From assembly GCA_963824755.1 (NCBI GenBank), contig CAWGQT010000022.1:22930-86929 (forward strand): 64,000 bases of DNA. Direction: 5' to 3'. The notes beneath the pieces were generated by a model. It had not been told where the DNA came from, did no database searches, and saw nothing but the letters and a program-made list of their open reading frames with translations. This stretch comes from an uncultured Solirubrobacterales bacterium (GTDB taxonomy: Bacteria > Actinomycetota > Thermoleophilia > Solirubrobacterales > Solirubrobacteraceae). The stretch's first letter is position 1. Each line of letters opens with the position of its first letter. Position numbers and translations under genes: made by a program. Positions 38,373-47,281 of the stretch are shown piece by piece.

Positions 38373-39299
38373 ATGAAGCTCGAAGGCATCCACCACATCA
38401 CCGCGATCACCGCTGACGCACAGGCCAACGTCGACTTCTACGCCGACGTGCTCGGCCTCCGGCTTGCCAAGAAGTCCGTCAACCAGGACCACACGTCCGT
38501 CTATCACCTGTTCTACGCGGACGAGACCGGCGACCCGGGCTCGGACATCACGTTCTTCGAGTACCCGAACCTCCCCCGCGGTCGCGCCGGCGCCGGCATG
38601 ATCCACCGCATCGTCTGGCGCGTGGCCTCGACCGATGCGCTCGACTTCTGGCAGCAGCGGCTCACGAACGCCGGCTACAACCCCCGCCGGGCCGGCGACA
38701 CGCTCCTCTTCGAGGACCCCGAGGGCCTCGCACACGAACTGATCATCAGCAGCGAGGACCAGCCGCTCGTAGCCAACCATCCGGAGATCCCGGCGGAGCT
38801 CGCGCTGCAGGGCTTCCACGCGGCCCGCGCGTACGCGCACGATCCCGAGCACAGCAAGCCGCTCCTCACCGAGACCCTGAACTTCGAGGCAACGGGCGAC
38901 ACCACGTTCACGGCAGCCGGTGACCACCGTCGAGGCCACTACATCTACGACACGCCCCCGCAGGAGCGCGGCCTGCAGGGCGCTGGCACCGTCCACCACA
39001 TCGCGTTCGCCTCCCCCATCGACGAGCACGAAGCGTGGCGCGAGCGCGTCGCGAGCTCCGGACAGGCCCACCCCACGCCCGTGATCGACCGCCACTACTT
39101 CCGGTCGATCTACTTCCGTGAACCATCGGGCGTCCTGTTCGAGATCGCCACGATCGGGCCCGGCTTCACGGTCGACGAGCCGCTCGAGCACCTCGGCGAG
39201 AAGCTCTCGCTGACGCCGCAGTTCGAGCACCTGCGCGCACAGATCGAGCCGACGCTCACGCCGCTCCATAACCCGCGTGAGAGCTGGGCAGCTACGTAA
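38373..39299 (+). CDS. VOC-family ring-cleaving dioxygenase (MhqO-like)
   Basis: GIHHITAI, KKSVNQD...YHLFYAD, GSDITFF, GTVHHIAF, DRHYFRSIYFREP.GVLFEIAT.GPGF. Confidence 0.92.
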   Translation: MKLEGIHHITAITADAQANVDFYADVLGLRLAKKSVNQDHTSVYHLFYADETGDPGSDITFFEYPNLPRGRAGAGMIHRIVWRVASTDALDFWQQRLTNAGYNPRRAGDTLLFEDPEGLAHELIISSEDQPLVANHPEIPAELALQGFHAARAYAHDPEHSKPLLTETLNFEATGDTTFTAAGDHRRGHYIYDTPPQERGLQGAGTVHHIAFASPIDEHEAWRERVASSGQAHPTPVIDRHYFRSIYFREPSGVLFEIATIGPGFTVDEPLEHLGEKLSLTPQFEHLRAQIEPTLTPLHNPRESWAAT

Positions 39300-39341
39300 T
39301 ACGTAGGGCCGGCGATAGTATTCGCGCGGGGCAAATGTCGG

Positions 39342-40307
39342 ATGACGACAGCTGATCCATCGGACGCAGCGGCTTCAACAGCACAGGCGGGATCCTCGGC
39401 GCCGCCCGCTCCGACCGAGCGGGTGTGCCCGGACTGTGGGAGCCTCGCCGTGTCGGGCTCCGTCTGTCCCCATTGCGGCCTGAACCTCGCGAGGATCGAG
39501 CGACTGCCTACTCGCGACCAGTGGGAGCGGGCCAAGGATCTCGATGACGCGGGAGCTCGGGCGATCGCCGGCCGCCTCGGAACGCTCGAGCCCCTGACGC
39601 CCGCTCTGTTCGATGTCGCACCGGGGGAGCGCAGCCTCGACCATCCGGCGGCGGCCCACGTGTTGGAGCAAGCAACCGCGAAGGCTGTAGAGGAGAGGAT
39701 CCCGCGCGCCGAGCGACCTCCCGGGTTTGCCGTGCAGACCACGAGCGAGCTCGTCGATCCGACGTCGCTGAAGATCACCGCGAGCGTGATGCTCGGTGGC
39801 GAGCTCCGCGTGGATCAGGACTTCGCCGGCTCGCTGGAGCTCGGCAAACCGCGCGCGCGAGTCGTTCCAAGCGGCGCGCCGAGGCTGGTCAGCGATGGAA
39901 TGGAGGTCGGCTCGCTTCCCGAACCCACACCGTACGGGCCCAGCGCCCCCGTGCCGGTGGCCGGCACGGTCCGACAGTCAGCCGTCGATTCCTATCCGCC
40001 CGGCTGGTACGTCAACCCCGCCACCGGCGCGCGACAGTGGTGGGACGGCCGGCAATGGGCGGCGGTTCGTGCCTCGCAGGATGAACAACAAGCCCCGCAA
40101 GGCACCAACGGGCTGGCGATCGCATCGCTGGTGCTCGGGATCTTCGGCGGCTCGATCCTGGCGATCATCCTGGGCAGGATCGCCCAGCAGCAGTGCGATG
40201 ACACCGGTCAGCCCGGCAGGGAACTGGCGACTGCTGGCCTGGTGCTCGGGGTGATCGGGCTCTTGATAACGATCGCCGTGATCGTCATCGCGCTGTCAGC
40301 TGCCTAG
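39342..40307 (+). CDS. Membrane protein with N-terminal Zn-ribbon, DUF2510 and DUF4190-like domains
   Basis: CPDC..CPHC; PPGWY.NP...RQWWDG.QW; TNGLAIASLVLGI...G..LATAGLVLG. Confidence 0.75.
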   Translation: MTTADPSDAAASTAQAGSSAPPAPTERVCPDCGSLAVSGSVCPHCGLNLARIERLPTRDQWERAKDLDDAGARAIAGRLGTLEPLTPALFDVAPGERSLDHPAAAHVLEQATAKAVEERIPRAERPPGFAVQTTSELVDPTSLKITASVMLGGELRVDQDFAGSLELGKPRARVVPSGAPRLVSDGMEVGSLPEPTPYGPSAPVPVAGTVRQSAVDSYPPGWYVNPATGARQWWDGRQWAAVRASQDEQQAPQGTNGLAIASLVLGIFGGSILAIILGRIAQQQCDDTGQPGRELATAGLVLGVIGLLITIAVIVIALSAA

Positions 40308-40373
40308 CAGGCGCGATATCGGCCGGCCCACCCCTTGCACCCACGCTGCTCAGCAGCGCCGGATGAGCAGGCC

Positions 40374-43094
40374 CTACGCCGGCGTACCTGCGTCGCGCAG
40401 CAGCTGGCCGACGGGCACCGCCGCGAGGTGCTCTGAGGCCAGTTCGCGGCTCAGCGTGTCGAGCACCGTTTGGTCGGTGCCGGCGCGGTTCATGCTGATC
40501 TCGACGACCTCCCCGGGCCGCAGCGAGCCCAGCGAGTCCCCATGATCGTCGACGTTCACCGCTCCCGCGATCAGGCGACCGCCCGCCCGATGGGCCATGA
40601 ACCACTGACCGACGCTGGGGCCGCTCGATGCGTACAGGAAGTGGTGGCCGAACGCCGCGCCGCCCATCAGGCGCCTGAGCTGCCCGCGCGTGCCGAGCCA
40701 GCGCACAAGGCCGCCGTGGCCGAGCCGCGGCACGCACTGGTCGCCAAAGCCGTACACCGTCTGCTCGGCCGGGGACAGCGCCTGGTTGACCGTGAACGAG
40801 ACGCGGATCCCTCGCGCCGCGAACTCACTCGCGAGCGCCGGAAGCTGGTCCGCGGGCGCGTCCACGAGCACTCCGACCTCAGGCCGTGTCGTACTGACGT
40901 CGGTCACCGGCTTCATGTGGACGAAATGGGAGACGAGCGTGTAGGAGGCGCCGGCAGTCAAGAGCCAACCAGCCAGCGCCACGCCGGCCGTGGCGCCGGT
41001 GATCGCACGCGCGGTGCGCAGCCGCCAGCGCGGGACCCGGCGCGCGCGCCGCTCGTCGCTGAGGATCAGCGATGCGGTCGAGGGTCGGCGGGCGAAGCGC
41101 CCGTCCGGCTCAGGACGATGCTCCAACGCCCGCTCGAGCGCGGGACCGATGTCGGCCTCGGTGCGCGCGACCTGCGCCAGCCCGAACCGCTCGAGTGCGC
41201 GGTTGGAAGCCCGCACGTGTCCGACGCCGAAGCCGTAGGAGATCACCGGGCAGCCGCGGATGATCGCCTCGAGCACCGTCAGCCCAGCGCTCGAGTGGAT
41301 CAGCGCGTCGGCGGCGGCAAGCACGTCGCCCATCCGGTCGGTGAAGCCCATCACCCGCAGGCGCGGCTCGTCGCCGAAGCGCTTGGCGACGTTCGCGCGG
41401 AGCTTGTCGTTGCGCCCGCACAGGCACAGCACCGTCGCGCCCGGCACCTGCAGGGCTTCGCGGGTCGCGCCGGCGAGGTCGCCTACGCCCCAGCCGCCGC
41501 CGGAGACGGCGATCACGATCCCGTCGGCAGGCAGAGCCAGCGCGCGACGCGCGTCTGCGCGCGAACGCGCCGCGAGGAACGCAGGCGAGGTCGGCGGCTT
41601 GGCCCATCTGACGCTGCCGGGCCCGGCGATCTGCTCGACCTCCTCGGCCGACTCGGGGTGCGTGATGAAGTGCAGGTCGATCCCGGGATGTGCCCAGAAC
41701 CGAAGCCCGGCAAGGTCGGTGATCGACGAGTAACACGGGACGTCGAGCTTGCCCCTGCGGCGCAGCTCGCCCAGGATCGCGGTCACCCCGGGATAGGTCG
41801 AGACGATCTGGTCGGGATTGTGCGCCTTGATCAGACGCATCAATCCGCGCCGCCCGAAAGCCACGAGCAGGCGCTTGGCCAGCCACCGGGTCGGCGCGAA
41901 GTACATGAACAGCCAGTACTGGAAGTCGAACAGCCACGGCAGCCGCTGGAACATGAACGCGGAGTTCTCGCGCAGCGTTTTGGTCAGGATCGGACCCATC
42001 GCCGGCAGGCCGTTGACGATCGAGACCTGAGCGTCCGGATCCTCGTCGTGGAACTCGCGCGCGACCGCGCGCGCGGGAAGATCGTGGCCCTCGCCAATGT
42101 CGGCGGAAATGATCAGGACCTGGCGCGGGCGCGCCTCGGCGTCCGGTTCGCCGGCGGGAATCACCACGTCGGCCTCGCGCGCTGCCGCCAGCGCTTCCTG
42201 CTCGCGGCGCCACTCGACGTACTTGCGCACGCCCTCCGAGAACGGCGTCGCCGCGGTCCAGCCGAGCTCGCGCTCGGCTCGCTGCGAGCACACGACCTTG
42301 CCGCCGAAGTCACCGGGCCGCGCGGGCGTGTACACGATCTCGACGTTCCCGATCAGCTCCTGCACGCGCTCGGCGATCTGCTTGATCGTCACGTTCTCGT
42401 TCGAGGCCAGGTTGTAGACGCGGTTGGTGGCGACGTCGTCCAGACCCACCGCGACCCCATCTGCGAGGTCCTCGACGTACACGAACCGCCGCGACTGGCC
42501 GCCATCGCCCGCGAGCGTCAGCGGCTCGCCGCGCAGGGCCTTGCCCACGAACGCCGGGATCACGGCCGCCTCGCGGGCGCGCGGGCCGTACGGGATCCCG
42601 AAGCGCAGAATCGTGTAGTCGATCCCGTAGAGCTCCTGGTAGGCCTTGCAGTACAGCTCGCCGGCGAGCTTGGTGCTCGTGTAGAGGTGGCTCGGCGCCG
42701 GAAGCAGCGTCTCCTCGTCGACCGCCTCGGGCTCGCAGTCCGAGTAGACCCAGATCGTGCTCGCGTAGACGATCCGCTTGACGCCCGCGCGGCGACAGGC
42801 CTCGAGCACGGTGACGGTGCCGCGCGCGTTGACCCGCTCGGCGTCCTCGGGCGAAGCATGAACGTCGTTGACGTCGGCGACCGCGGCGAGATGGGCGACC
42901 GCGTCGCAGCTGTGGAGCGCGCGCTCGAGCGCCTCGCGGTCGGTGATCGATCCCAGCACCGTGTCGACAGATTCGTCCTCGTGCCACGGAGACGGGCGCA
43001 GGTCGTAGATGACGGGCTCGTGCCCGCGCACGCGGAGCTTGTCGACCACGTGCGAGCCGATGAACCCCGATCCGCCTGTGACTAGGACTCTCAT
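40374..43094 (-). CDS. Fusion of NAD-dependent epimerase/dehydratase, GT28/MGDG-synthase-like glycosyltransferase and degenerate polysaccharide deacetylase domain
   Basis: TGGSGFIG, YTSTK (YxxxK), RFGIPYGP, RPGDF; then ISADIGEGH, STYP, SGGGWGVG, GFTDRM, SSAGLT.LEA; then TM helix and a NodB-like domain without catalytic D/H motifs. Confidence 0.8.
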   Translation of the reverse strand: MRVLVTGGSGFIGSHVVDKLRVRGHEPVIYDLRPSPWHEDESVDTVLGSITDREALERALHSCDAVAHLAAVADVNDVHASPEDAERVNARGTVTVLEACRRAGVKRIVYASTIWVYSDCEPEAVDEETLLPAPSHLYTSTKLAGELYCKAYQELYGIDYTILRFGIPYGPRAREAAVIPAFVGKALRGEPLTLAGDGGQSRRFVYVEDLADGVAVGLDDVATNRVYNLASNENVTIKQIAERVQELIGNVEIVYTPARPGDFGGKVVCSQRAERELGWTAATPFSEGVRKYVEWRREQEALAAAREADVVIPAGEPDAEARPRQVLIISADIGEGHDLPARAVAREFHDEDPDAQVSIVNGLPAMGPILTKTLRENSAFMFQRLPWLFDFQYWLFMYFAPTRWLAKRLLVAFGRRGLMRLIKAHNPDQIVSTYPGVTAILGELRRRGKLDVPCYSSITDLAGLRFWAHPGIDLHFITHPESAEEVEQIAGPGSVRWAKPPTSPAFLAARSRADARRALALPADGIVIAVSGGGWGVGDLAGATREALQVPGATVLCLCGRNDKLRANVAKRFGDEPRLRVMGFTDRMGDVLAAADALIHSSAGLTVLEAIIRGCPVISYGFGVGHVRASNRALERFGLAQVARTEADIGPALERALEHRPEPDGRFARRPSTASLILSDERRARRVPRWRLRTARAITGATAGVALAGWLLTAGASYTLVSHFVHMKPVTDVSTTRPEVGVLVDAPADQLPALASEFAARGIRVSFTVNQALSPAEQTVYGFGDQCVPRLGHGGLVRWLGTRGQLRRLMGGAAFGHHFLYASSGPSVGQWFMAHRAGGRLIAGAVNVDDHGDSLGSLRPGEVVEISMNRAGTDQTVLDTLSRELASEHLAAVPVGQLLRDAGTPA

Positions 43095-44095
43095 CGCGGG
43101 CCTGGCCGGTAGTACAGCGGAACGCAGGAATGGTTGCGCGCGACCCAGTCGGAATTCGGCAGATCCACATCGTGGCCGAGGATCCGGTGGCACGGCTGGT
43201 CGTAGACGCGGCCGGTCGACCGCTCGAGCCAGTCGAACACGATGTACTTGTAGAGGCCGGAGGTCATGCCGTCGGGAAGCTCTAGCCGGCTCGGGTACTG
43301 AGGGTCGAGCTCGGCGCGCGCGACGTCGTTCTTCCACGCGACGATCTCGGGCAGCCGCTCGATCTGCAAGAGTCCGAGCGCCGCCGTGAACTCGTTCATG
43401 CGGAAGTTGAGGCCGTGGACGTCGTGCGAGGGCTTCCCGTAATTGCGGAAGTCACGCACGAACTCGATCAGCTGGGGATTCTTCGAGACCAGCACACCGC
43501 CCTCGCCGGTCGAGATCGTCTTGGTCGCGTACAGCGAGTAGACGCCGGCGTCGCCGTATGTGCCGGGCAACCGGCCTTTCCAGCTGGCGCCGTGCGCGTG
43601 CGCGCAGTCCTCGATCAAGAAGATCCCGTGCTCGTCACAGTAGTCGGCGATCTGCTGTGAGTCGAACGCGAGGTGTCCACCGATGTGCACCAGGATCGCG
43701 GCCTTCGGCTTGAACCTCTCCGCCTTCTGCTCAAAGTCGGCAAACGACATACACAGGTCCTCGCGGTTGCAGTCGACGAACTGCACCTGCGCGCCGGCGC
43801 GAATCGCCGCCAGCGCGGTGGCCATGAACGTGTTCGAAGGGCACAGCACGGTCTCGCCGTCGACGCCGGCGAAGTGCAGCGCCGCGAGCGCCCCGCCGGC
43901 CCAGCTCGACAGCGCGACCGCCTCGAGGCCGTTGTGCTCCTGCCACGCCTGTTCGAACCGCGCGGTGAACCCGGCTTCCGACCAGCGGTTGGAGTCGAGC
44001 ACCTCGTCGATCAACTGGTGCAGGCGAGCCCGGTCGCGCTGGTCAAAACCGATCGCGAACGACTGGAAGTCCGGAGTTGCGGAAGCTGTGGTCAT
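43091..44095 (-). CDS. DegT/DnrJ/EryC1/StrS sugar aminotransferase
   Basis: PSNTFMAT, LIEDCAHAHG, SLYATKTISTGEGG (PLP Lys), NFRMNEF.AALG; ATGA overlap with the fusion gene. Confidence 0.9.
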   Translation of the reverse strand: MTTASATPDFQSFAIGFDQRDRARLHQLIDEVLDSNRWSEAGFTARFEQAWQEHNGLEAVALSSWAGGALAALHFAGVDGETVLCPSNTFMATALAAIRAGAQVQFVDCNREDLCMSFADFEQKAERFKPKAAILVHIGGHLAFDSQQIADYCDEHGIFLIEDCAHAHGASWKGRLPGTYGDAGVYSLYATKTISTGEGGVLVSKNPQLIEFVRDFRNYGKPSHDVHGLNFRMNEFTAALGLLQIERLPEIVAWKNDVARAELDPQYPSRLELPDGMTSGLYKYIVFDWLERSTGRVYDQPCHRILGHDVDLPNSDWVARNHSCVPLYYRPGPR

Positions 44096-44211
44096 CGTCT
44101 TTTGTGTGGCCGCAGCCGAGACGCACGGTTCGCGGATGAGTGACCGGCCGACGGTCGCGAACCTTGCTGCTTGCCTTTCGTTTCTGGTCGACGTGCGCTC
44201 GGGCAAGCCTG

Positions 44212-44865
44212 TCAAACGGCTAGGACGGTATCGATTTCTTGCTCTTTAAGGTGGTTAAGGATGAGTGAGAGGGCAATGGCCGTGCGCCGGTGAGAGTTCT
44301 TCGCGCTGTAAAAATCGGCATCGTGCAGGAGGATTACGTCCCCGGGACCGAGCGCACGAGTCGCTCTCGCCGCGATCCGTTCTGGCGTTGTGAACTTGCG
44401 CCAGTCCTTACCCCAGCGCGACCAGAGTAGCGGCTTCAGCCCGACATTCCGAACCAGTGCGAGTCCGGACGCGCTGTAGATGCCGTAGGGCGGGCGGTGA
44501 TGGTCAGCGGTCGTACCGGCTGCGTCCTCGATCGCGGCGCGTCCCCGCTCCAGATCGGCGCGCAGTTCGCGCTCGCTCAACCGAACCTGCAGGCGGTGAC
44601 GGTCTCCGTGGAGCGCGACCTGGTGACCTTGCGCCACGATCTCCGCGACCAGCGAGGGGCGACGGCGGACCTGCTCGCCGATCACGAAGAACATCGCGCG
44701 CGCGCCCGCGCGAGACAGCAGCTCGAGTACGGCGGGTGTCCCCTCGGGATGGGGGCCGTCATCGAACGTCAACGCGACCCCCGCCGCATCGCCGGACAGC
44801 GTGCGCGGCAGGCGCAGCGCATCGGCGGCGCGGGGTACGACCGGCGCGAGCACGTAGTCGAGCAC
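44212..44865 (-). CDS. Polysaccharide deacetylase (NodB/CE4)
   Basis: ALTFDDGPHP, ALHGDRH, RPPYG, WSRWGKDW, ILLHD. Confidence 0.9.
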   Translation of the reverse strand: MLDYVLAPVVPRAADALRLPRTLSGDAAGVALTFDDGPHPEGTPAVLELLSRAGARAMFFVIGEQVRRRPSLVAEIVAQGHQVALHGDRHRLQVRLSERELRADLERGRAAIEDAAGTTADHHRPPYGIYSASGLALVRNVGLKPLLWSRWGKDWRKFTTPERIAARATRALGPGDVILLHDADFYSAKNSHRRTAIALSLILNHLKEQEIDTVLAV

Positions 44866-44902
44866 GCGAGCATGATCGCGGACGTGCGCTAGAAACAGTC
44901 AC

Positions 44903-45190
44903 GTGCTCAGAGCCGATGGTGACGCCGTGGTCGTTGCTGTGCGCGTCAAGCCCCGCGCCTCGCAGATGCGGATCGAAGGCGAGCGTGCCGGACGACTGCT
45001 CGTCCAGGTGACCGCCCCTCCGCTCGACGGACGCGCCAACGAGGCCGTCTGCAAGCTGCTGTCGAAGACACTCGGCGTCGCGCCCAGCCAGGTGAGCGTC
45101 GTCGCGGGTGAGCGCGCGCGCGACAAGCTGGTCCGCGTACACGGCGCGCCGCTCGCCGACGTGGCCGAGCGCCTTGGGGTCAGCTCGTGA
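44903..45190 (+). CDS. DUF167/YggU family protein
   Basis: VRVKPRA, VTAPP.DGRAN.AV..LL...LGV..S.V.VV.GE.AR.K. Confidence 0.88.
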   Translation: MLRADGDAVVVAVRVKPRASQMRIEGERAGRLLVQVTAPPLDGRANEAVCKLLSKTLGVAPSQVSVVAGERARDKLVRVHGAPLADVAERLGVSS

Positions 45191-45765
45191 GCTTCGAGCT
45201 CGACGATTGGCTGCCGGCGCCGGCGATCCGCGTGCGACACGAGCGCCGCAGCAGCGCCGCGCCCGAGCGCCTGTGGAACGCCGCGCAGAGCGTCCGCATC
45301 GGTGACACCGCGCTGCTCGGCCGGCTGATCCGCTGGCGGATTCCGGGCACCTCTGCCGACCTCGCGTTCGGAAGGTTGTTTCGCGAGCCGCCGTTCATGG
45401 TGCTCGAGGAGCGTGAGGACGCTTTGCTGTCGGGCGTCGTCGGCCGGATCTGGACGCTCAGGCGCGACTACCCGCAGCTGCACGATCCGGAGCAGTTCAG
45501 GGAATGGTCCGAGCGCGGCACCGCGAGGGTGTTGTTCGCGAACTGGACAGCGGCGGACGACACGAGCACCGCCTCGCTGCACTCCGAGGTGCGCGTCGAC
45601 GTGTTCGGGGCTCAGGGCACGCTCGGACTGGCCGCCGTGCGCCCGCTGATCAGCGGCTTTCAGAATCTCGTCGGATCGGAGGGCATCACGGCGGCGGTGC
45701 GCCTCGCCGAGGAGGAGCCGGAGCGCTCAGGCCGCCAGCGGAGCGGCAGCCGGCGCCTCGCGTGA
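45187..45765 (+). CDS. Conserved hypothetical protein (DUF2867-like)
   Basis: GTGA overlap with upstream gene; LDDWLP, G.VGRIW, SEVRV pattern. Confidence 0.6.
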   Translation: MSFELDDWLPAPAIRVRHERRSSAAPERLWNAAQSVRIGDTALLGRLIRWRIPGTSADLAFGRLFREPPFMVLEEREDALLSGVVGRIWTLRRDYPQLHDPEQFREWSERGTARVLFANWTAADDTSTASLHSEVRVDVFGAQGTLGLAAVRPLISGFQNLVGSEGITAAVRLAEEEPERSGRQRSGSRRLA

Positions 45766-47223
45766 GCGCCGCCCGACGATCGCCAGCACGACCGCCGGCA
45801 CGATCGCGGCGGCGGTCAGCACGACCGCCCACCAGAACGTGTTGCCGAACGCGTGCGAGAGCGGCTCCGCGATCCGCACCCTGACCGCCTCGGGGATCGT
45901 CTGGATTGCCCCTCCGCTGATCCCGCTCGCGAGCGGGACCGCGGCCCCGATCTGGTTCTCGAGCACGACCGCCAGCAGCGCGACGCCGATCGACCCACCG
46001 ATCCGTTGCAGCACGTTCATCGTGGTCGTCGCGCGCGGGATCGCCTGACGGGAGATCGTCGCGTAGGCGGCGGCCATCGCCGGCATCATGCTGCACCCCA
46101 GCCCGATACCGCGGATGAACAGAATCGACGACGTGGCGGCGTAGGAGGTGTGTCCGGTCAGCTGCGTGAGCATCACGGTGGCGACGGTCATCACGATCAA
46201 CCCGAACACGACGACCGGGCCGCCGCCGATGCGGTCGGTGAGACGGCCGCTGATCGGCATCACGAGCGCCGCGCCGATCCCCTGGGGCGCGAGCAGCAGT
46301 CCGGTCGCGAGCGTCGACTCGCCGCGGTCGACCTGCAGGTACAGCGGCAGGATGATCAGCGAACCGAAGAAGGCGGCCGCCATCAGCAGCACCGTGACCG
46401 CAGCGGCCGAGAAGCCCGGCGCGCGGAACAGGTTGAGGTCGAGCAGCGGCGTCACCTTCGTATGCAGCGCGTGCCAGACGAACGCCGCGACGAAACCGAG
46501 GCCGAGCGCGATCGGACCCCACGCGCCGATGTAGCTGAGCCCGCCTTGCGCGGATGTTTCCGAGAGTCCGAACACGACCAGCGCGAGGCCGGGCGACAGC
46601 ATTGCAAGGCCCATCACGTCGAGCCGCTCGCCCTTGCGCGGCGGCGAGTACGGCAGCAGCTTGTAGGCCATCACCAGGGCGACCGCACCGATCGGCACGT
46701 TGACGAAGAAGATCCAGCGCCAGCTGAGGTACTGGAGGATCACGCCGCCGAGCACCGGCCCGAGGATCGGGCCGAGCAGCATCGGTGCGCCGACCACGCT
46801 CATCACCCGGCCGATCCGTTGCGGCCCCGCCGCCTGAACCAGGATCGTCATACCGGCGGGCATGATCATTCCGCCGCCCAGACCCTGGAGCACGCGGAAG
46901 AAGATCAGCGAACCTGCGGACCACGCGAGGCCCGACAGCGCCGAGCCCGCCACGAACAGCGCCACGACCACCATCCACAGCCGCTTGGCGCCGAACCGCT
47001 CCGAGGCCCAGCCCGTCATCGGAATCACCATCGCGAGCGCAACCAGGTAACCGCTGGCTACCCACTGGATCGTGCTCAGCGAGGCGTGCAGGTCGCGGCC
47101 CAGCGTCGCGAGCGCGACATTGACGATCGTCGCGTCGAGGATCGACATGACCGCGCCGACCACGACGACGAGCGAAATCACGATGATCTCGCGATCGAGC
47201 TTCTGGGGCTCTCTTTGTGCCAT
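45727..47223 (-). CDS. DHA2 (EmrB/QacA) family MFS efflux transporter
   Basis: ILDATIVNVAL, GWASERFGAKR, RVLQGLGGG, WIFFVNVPIG, GRLTDRIG. Confidence 0.92.
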   Translation of the reverse strand: MAQREPQKLDREIIVISLVVVVGAVMSILDATIVNVALATLGRDLHASLSTIQWVASGYLVALAMVIPMTGWASERFGAKRLWMVVVALFVAGSALSGLAWSAGSLIFFRVLQGLGGGMIMPAGMTILVQAAGPQRIGRVMSVVGAPMLLGPILGPVLGGVILQYLSWRWIFFVNVPIGAVALVMAYKLLPYSPPRKGERLDVMGLAMLSPGLALVVFGLSETSAQGGLSYIGAWGPIALGLGFVAAFVWHALHTKVTPLLDLNLFRAPGFSAAAVTVLLMAAAFFGSLIILPLYLQVDRGESTLATGLLLAPQGIGAALVMPISGRLTDRIGGGPVVVFGLIVMTVATVMLTQLTGHTSYAATSSILFIRGIGLGCSMMPAMAAAYATISRQAIPRATTTMNVLQRIGGSIGVALLAVVLENQIGAAVPLASGISGGAIQTIPEAVRVRIAEPLSHAFGNTFWWAVVLTAAAIVPAVVLAIVGRRSREAPAAAPLAA

Positions 47224-47281
47224 CTCTGTACCAACTTATCGCTCGGGTCCCGGACGGCGGCTAACGTCCAGTCGAGCGCAA

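Noticed and set aside
40470-43085. 871-aa plus-strand ORF and other long antisense or alternate-frame ORFs (e.g. 2574-4337, 4387-6081, 45853-47604, 11294-12919)
   Set aside because: Shadow ORFs of well-supported genes, expected in high-GC DNA; Arg/Ala/Pro-rich with no motifs
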